This document shows, piece by piece, positions 57,247 to 64,000 of a DNA stretch of 64,000 bases; position 1 is the stretch's first letter; each line of letters starts with the position of its first letter. Where the stretch lies: assembly GCA_965112735.1 (NCBI GenBank), contig OZ218956.1, positions 1,488,001 to 1,552,000 of the forward strand, given 5' to 3'. Position numbers and translations under genes: made by a program. The DNA comes from Phaeosaccion multiseriatum. Lineage: Eukaryota > Protista > Ochrophyta, other classes. The notes under the pieces were generated by a model, which did no database searches, was not told where the DNA came from, and saw nothing but the letters and a program-made list of their open reading frames with translations.

Positions 57247-59525
57247 GGGTGTGTGGGTAGGGGGGGGGGGGTGGTCGTGGCTGAATAAGTGAGGACAGTG
57301 AGGGTGGCGGGTGGAGGTGCCTCGAGGAAGCCGAACAGAGGAGGATATCGCAAGGGGAATAGTCCTTCACAAATGGGCGGTGCTGCCGAGCGCTCGTCGT
57401 AAACACGGTCCCCTCCCCGGCCCCTCCCTGGCGTCTCTGGTGTGTCCCCCGGGGATATCTCCTACTCCGCCTAGATAGGATTCGAAACCATCTTTGATAT
57501 ACTTTGTAGTACATACAATACAAAGGAGACCGACTGTCTACAGTGTGATCCCGACTGTCTACAGTTGGTCTATACCTCAACACACAAAGGTGCTTCTCCA
57601 GAAAAAAGAAGATATGAAAAGTACCACAGAGAGAGAGAGAGAGAGGTGAAGAGAGATACAGAGAGCCCGACACACAGAGAGAGAGAGACGAGAGAGACGA
57701 GTAGAGAGAGAGAGAGAAGGAAAAAAGCAACCTACCCCAACGTAGGATAGAGACCACCCGATGCCAGCCCTCCCTCCCTTACTTCCCATCTCTCCCTCCC
57801 CTCCTCCCCTCCCTCCCTCCCTCCCGACCCCCTCCCTCCCTCCCTCCCTACCCCCTCCCTCCCCCCCTCCCCTCCCTCCCTCACTTCCCATCTCTCTCTC
57901 CTCCCCTTCCTTCCTCCCTCACCTGCCGTCCAATCCGGCCCCTCTGACCAGCTCACCCCTCTTCTTGTCGAGGCGATCGCGCACTTCGGCCACGCTTGGG
58001 TAGGCCCTCTCTCCCCTCCACCCCCTCCATCGCTCCCGTAGCTCCACCTGCACGCACACACACACACACACGCTCAGTTAGAGTTCCAGTTCCAGCTCCA
58101 TACCATACGTTTGCTTACATGCCTACCGGCGCATCCACTCACACAGCACTTATGCTCATATGCATGCGCAGGCACCTCCATCATGCCTATATGCTTGCCT
58201 TAGGCACCACGGCGGCTTACCTGCACATCCACCTGCAGCTTCCTCAGCCGGTACACCGCAAGGATGGTCAACTTGCCACACGACCGAATGAAGGCCGCGA
58301 ATCTCGACTCGTTGTACGGGTTGCTCCCCACCACGCCCCCCCACAGCCCAAGCACAGTGCCTACGAGGTGCTGCCCCGTGAATCTTCCGAGAACGGTCCC
58401 CAGGAGCGTTCCTGCGGCGGTGCAGGCGAGCAGCATCTGGTCGGAGCGGTCCCCTACCGTGCTGCTGCTCTGCTGCTGCGTCTTTGCGGCGGCGGCTTCA
58501 CGGGCGGCCAACTCTCTCTCCATGCCCGTCTGAATGATTGATTGTTGGGTTGATTAATTGATCGAGTAATGGGGGGGTGATGAGGAGAAGTGGGGGGGGT
58601 TCAGACCGTCAAGGAGTGAGTACGACAGAGGGAGGGAGAACGGACCCATCCACGACGCACGGGATAGGATACGCCCCCCTCCTTACGATAAGCAGGCCAT
58701 CTTAAGCAAGTGCCTATCGGCTAGTACAAGTCCTGGCCAGACTAGGTATTCAATTCTAAGCCATCACAAGTCGCGCTCTCACCAGAAGCAAATCCCTTTG
58801 GCGCAGACGATCCTCCAGCTGCTCAATCCTGAGCAATACACAAGGGGGAGGGGGTCGCCGATGATAAAGACATTGCGCACCTCAGTTTGTCAGTTTGTCG
58901 GACATACAAGACAGACAGACAGACAGATAGACAGACAGACACACACACACACAGACAGAGCTACCTTCCACTCGCACAAGTGGTGCCATAAATCTCCACA
59001 GAAGAGGAGGGGAGAGGGCAGGAGAGTGCGCATCGTGTATCGTCCTCGGGCCCAAGGCTGAGAGAGGTAAAGCAGCTGATGAGGCTACACTACTAACATT
59101 CCCCCAGAAGTTCGCCGTCAAGGTGCATCATCATTCATCAAGCGCTGCACTGCAGAGGTAGAGCAGGCCAGGGCACACTCCTCACCTCGAGCTCATCTCC
59201 TTCATCCCTGCCAGGCTCTTGGCTTGCTTCCTGGCGTGTGCGAGGAGCTCCACGTAAGGCAGGCTCCAGAGGTCCACCCCTGCTTCCTCCTCGCCCACGG
59301 GATTGACGACCGCATCTTTCTCAAAGCGCCTTGACAGCCTGCTTCTGCCCTGCCATCTCCCCACAGGCCACCATCCCCTCCCGCTCGTGCGCCTTGTCCC
59401 GGGAAGCTGGGCACCACTTCTGCTGTTTCCGCCGCTAAGAAGACATGCCTCACCCTCACCACCGTCCAGGGTCGACCACGCTTCTAACAAGAGCACCTCC
59501 CGCCCCCCCCCCCTCCTTCTGCTGC

Positions 59526-59558
<33 letters not shown>

Positions 59559-59781
59559 TCCTCCTCCTGCTGCTGCTGCTGCAGCTGCTGGAGATACCGG
59601 CTGGGGAGATACGCGATGGCGTGAAGCATCTAGGTTTCTGCCTGTACAGCTGGCTCGGCGTCTGCCCCAGCCAGCCCAACGACACCACGACCAGGGCCAG
59701 CAGTATGGCTGCTCGCAATGCTGCTACTGCTGTTGCTTGTGAAGTAACCACCTCCGTTCGTCTCCGTTTGGAAGCAGCCAT
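56514..59781 (-). CDS. Hypothetical membrane protein (N-terminal hydrophobic segment, coiled coil, Gly-rich hydrophobic hairpin), 5-6 exons; 3' end uncertain
   Basis: Exons ~59781-59186, 58829-58783, 58529-58221, 58047-57923 and 57202-57036 join in frame via GT-AG (…MSSR/IEQLEDRLRQRDLLL/TGMERELAA…GTLLGTVLG…LGLWGG…). The terminal exon RAAQ* is tentative. Confidence 0.6.
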
Positions 59782-60737
59782 ATCTCCCGCTTTCTTTCCC
59801 CGCCGTATTAGAGACGGCTAATAAATAATAGAGAAGGGGAGAGAGTAGTGCTTTTGGCAGAGTCAAAAGAACGGAAAAGGACTCTACAACGTGTCCTCAC
59901 CGCCTCCTTAGCCGCAACACACAGCTAACCCAGCTTGAGCTTAAACCCTTCATACATGCATGGTAGTGAAGCCACCTTCAAGACAGAGAAAGGGGGCGAT
60001 GGGGAGCACGATCGGATAAGCCCTTCCATCATGGAGGCATACTTTCGTTTGTCGTCGGATGCGCTTTCTGTCGTTTTATTTTTTCTGATTTTTCGTACTG
60101 GCCGGTCTGGGTGTTTCGTCGAGGGAGCATTGCATTGTACGTGTAAGAAGAGGCCTGGGATAGAGAAAATTGGCGAGACCGTGGTAGCTTGTAGTCGAGG
60201 GTGTGGCGGCTAGGGAGAATAGAGTGAGGGGGAGCAGCACGAGAGAGGAAGAGTCGAAGAGGGAGCAGCAGGAGGTTCCTCTGCACAGAGGGGAGGAGGT
60301 GGGGCAGGAGTAGAGGGGTGAGGGCTGGAGGTCGATGGGCGGCGGGATGGTGGCATGACGGACACCCGCAGAAACAGCAGAGGCCCGCCGGGACTGATTG
60401 CAACAAGGATGGGTGGAAGTGCAACACCGCGCAGGGCGCACGGGTAGAGAGAGAGAGAGAGAGAAGCAATACAGGAATAGGAAGCAGCAACAGCAGCAGC
60501 AGAAGGGACAGGAGCAGCCGTAGCAGCGGTGGCAGTCGCGGTGGCAGCAGCGCAGCAGTAGCAGCAGCGCTGATCATTGAACTTTCCCTGCTCCGTCATA
60601 CCATTCAACGCACAGAGGCAAAGGGGAAGCACTGTGAAAGGCAGGGATCGGCCAGTGCTGTGAGTACAACATAGAATGCAGAGTACGTGCTGGGGAGAGG
60701 CCTCTGCTTAGTGCCTCTCCGCACCTAGAGGTTGGCA

Positions 60738-63700
60738 ATGGGACGCGGATGGCAAGCCTCGGGAGGAGGGGGGGGGGAGGGGGTGGAAAGCCCAGGGCGT
60801 GTAGGGCCTGCTCGTTCCTCATTGCGGAGGAAGATGCAGACCTCGCTAGCGATCATCCTCGGTGATGCCATACGGATGATTTCCCCCGCGATGGGCAGGG
60901 GGCGTCTCAGTCACGTGACAGTGCAGAGGCGAAGGCTGCTGGCAGAGATGAAGCGAGGCGGAGGGACCATGTCTCCCTCTGCACTTATGGGCACCATTGG
61001 TAGCGGCCGGGGCGGTGATGGCTCGGATAATGGGAGAGGGGTCACGATGCGCTCCCCGCGTAAGAGAAAGTATGCCACGGGCGAGTATCAGTCGGCCCGC
61101 AGTAGCCTCACAGAGCACAGCCACTTTCCGCCCCCGCCGCTCAGAACGCGGGCCCCGAACTACGGAGAGGAGGGCGACACAGTCGAGGCAGCAGCAGCAG
61201 GAGGAGCAGGAGGAGCAGGAGGAGCAGGAGTGAGGCCCTCCCCGGGGTCCCCCCTGGGCATGACCTCGTCTGCTTTTCGCGTGACGTACGGGGCTGGATC
61301 TCTGGGCGATCCAAGCGAGAGTCTCTGTCAACAGAACACCACCCGCCCGACCGTCAACGCAGGCAGTCTCAATGCGGTGATCCACTCCACGCAGCGCCAT
61401 AAAATGTCGCTTGACATTCTCATGAAGTGTCAGGAGCTGCACGAAGAGGACTGGCCCGCTGTGCAGGAGGTGCTGGCCAACATGGTCATCTTTCGCAACG
61501 CCTCGAGGGAAGAAATCGACTCGCTGAGTCGGAGGGTGAAGTTGCTTGTGGCGGAGGAGGGAGAGTACATTATCCAGGAGGGATCGCGGTTGCCGCACCC
61601 GGCCGTCTTTCTGATTCAGGAGGGAGGCGTGAGTATTACGCATTTGGAGAGGGGGGAGAACGGGGAGTTTGAGGACGAAACGCACGTAAAGGTGAGTACG
61701 GGAGCGAGGGAGGGCGGGCGGGCGGGCGGGAGGGAGGGAGGGAGGGAGGGAGGGAGGGAGGGAGGGAGGGAGGGGTGGATGGATGGATGGAGGGAGGGAG
61801 GGAGGGAGGGTGGGAGAGAGGGAGGGAGGAAAGAAAGAAGGGAGGAAGGAAGGAGGAGAGTAGGGACGAAAGGAAGGAAGAAAGCAAGCACGCAAGCACG
61901 CAAGCACGCAAGCAAGCTCACAAGCAAGTGCCGCACACTCACCTCACACTCCCTCCCACCCTCCCACCTCTCCAGGACCTCAAACCCCCCGAGTACTTCG
62001 GCGAGGGCATGGTGCTGACGAGCGAGCCCGCCTACGCCTCCATCTACGCAAAGACTCGCGTCAAGTTCTATGTGGTGCCGCAGGAGGACATCAACGAGGG
62101 CATTAGTCTGCAGACGAGGGAGATGATGGTCCGGGATCACTCCATTCGCATGTTCAACATGAACCACGTCAACGACCTCTGGGACGTTATCAAGTGAGTG
62201 TGTGTGTGCATGTGTGCGTGTGTGTGCGTGTGTGTGTGCGTGTGCGTGTGTGTGCGTATGTGTGTGTGTGTGTGTGAGGGTTAGTATGTGTGGTGAGAGA
62301 GTGTGTGTGTTGTACTTCTATGTATTTGTGTGAGGAGCAGCAGTTGGAGAAGGAGGATTGGTGATGGAGGGGTGCTCTCGTTGCGTGACTGGCGCGGATG
62401 ATGACGCGGATGCTGCCGCTGCCCCTCCTTCCCTCCCTCACCACCTCAATCACCCACCCACCAACCCACCTCTCCCTAACCCTCAGACACGACCCCGAGG
62501 GTATGGACGCACTGCGCGAGTTTTGCCTGGAATACAAGACCAACGAGGGGCCCATCCTGCTGTACGACGAGATCAACAAGTTCAAGGAGGAGTGTCGCCG
62601 CCCGGGCGCCAAGCCCAAGTACCTCGTCAAGGAGGCTTATCGTATCTACGGTGAGAGCGAGGAGGGCTCATGCTTTGTAGGATACAGGAGGGTTATTTAT
62701 TGACTTAATAGGAATCACCTAAGAAACTGAAAGTGTGATTGTGTGTGTGTGCGTGTGTGTGTGTGCGCGTGTATGTGTCTCTGTGTCTCTGGGGCCCACG
62801 AGTAGGATACGGCAGTGTAGCGTGTATCACCAACTGCTGCTGCAGTAGAAGTGCGGAAGTGGGATCGAAGTGGGGTGAAGCGAACGAACAGGGCTAATCC
62901 CCTCCCTCCCTCCCTCCCTCCCTCCCCCTATCCCCTTTCCCCTCTCTATCAGAGACGTACCTGGCCAGCGGGCAGGGCCAACGCAAGCTCAACGTCAACC
63001 CCGATCTGCGCGGGGAGCTCGAGCGGAACCTGCAGAAGGAGAAGGCCAAAACGGAACACGAGCACACCTCCTTCCTCTCTTCGCTGTGGCCTCACTCGCA
63101 CTCCAACAAGGGAAGTGCCCGCAGCGGCAGCAAAGACGGGAGCAAGCAGCAGCAGCAGCAGCAGAAGCAGCAGAAGCAACAGCAGCAGCAGTGGGTGTTG
63201 CCATCAGGAGGTGGCGGAGCAGGGGCGGGGGTGGAGGCAAAAGAGCCGGGAACTGAGGGAGAGGAGGAGGGGACAGAGCTTACTGGGGGGGGGGAGAAGC
63301 CGTCTGCGGAGGCGACGCCCAACCGCAGGAAGAGCAGGATGAGCCTCCTTGTGAAAATGGGGCGGCAGAGCTCCATCGCCTTTATGGGGGGAGTCAATCG
63401 AAGGGCATCATTTCGAGGAGGAGGAGGAGGAGGAGGAGGAGGAGAGACAAGCGGCAAGGACAAGGGCGCAGCAGCAGCAGCAGCAGCAGCGGAGGGAGAG
63501 GATGCTGCCGTACCCGCTGGAGCAGCCGCAGGAGCAGCAAGTAAGCGGCCGGTCTTTGCAAAGGGCGGAACTTTCTTGATGAGCGACCACGAGAAGGGAG
63601 AAGAGATCCTCCAAGCGCACAAGAAGAACGCCGTGACGTTGGATACCATCTTTGACGCCCTCATGGTCAAGGCCGTCATCACCACCATCAACTACGATGT

Positions 63701-64000
63701 CATGCCTGCCTTCCAACAGAGCCGCTGTTATCGACTGGTGCGTGCGTTGCACTGGGGGGGCGTGGGCAGGACGGGAGGGAGGGAAGGGAGGGAGGGGAGG
63801 AGGGAGGGAGGAAGAGAGGGAGGAAGGGGAGGAGGGAGGGAGGCGAGGGAGGAAGGGTGAGAGGATGAGCTCCTTCCTACGAGACTTACGTGCTGCACGC
63901 TTTTGAAGCCGCGGAGAGCCTTACATCTCGTTCACCGCATCTCCACCTTTCTAACCACGGAAATTGGCTCCCTCCCTCCGTCCCTTCCTCCCCCCCTCCC
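60738..64000 (+). CDS. Cyclic-nucleotide-binding domain + RGS domain protein (3' partial; start uncertain); exons ~60738-61691, 61976-62193, 62487-62650, 62953-63737
   Basis: cNMP domain: VLANMVIFRN...EGEYIIQEG...FLIQEGGV...LKPPEYFGEG...YASIYA. RGS-like domain: DPEGMDALREFCLEY...LLYDEINKFK...AYRIYETYL...LNVN...LR, then TIFDAL...YDVMPAFQQSRCY. Confidence 0.78.

Overview
Eukaryotic nuclear DNA, intron-rich, with GT-AG introns packed with microsatellites. The gene content and the G-rich 5' / C-rich 3' intron ends suggest a stramenopile (ochrophyte-like) alga, which is an inference. Seven spliced genes were reconstructed by hand: an orphan protein (-), a CDPK (+), an M1 aminopeptidase N (-), the XPD/ERCC2 helicase (-), a ~20 kb gene for a large secreted modular lectin/adhesin (+), a putative membrane protein (-) and a partial cNMP-binding + RGS protein (+). 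Decayed IRE1/PERK-luminal-like and ankyrin-like fragments and several minisatellites lie between them. The most striking feature is the secreted-protein gene (35669-55560). Its predicted ~1.7k-aa product runs signal peptide, Cys-rich repeat, 2 C-type lectins, a permuted F-type lectin, then three Cys-rich solenoid modules separated by TSP3 repeats, a PPC-like domain and a GDP(H)-type domain. Each solenoid coil is encoded by its own symmetric 57-nt exon in a ~232-bp tandem array. The introns are nearly identical, while alternating exon codons are hypervariable, and the array includes pseudo-exons and one exon-less unit. This looks like an exon-cassette diversification system for an extracellular recognition protein. 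A recurrent signature of de novo 4-5 bp tandem duplications is also visible.
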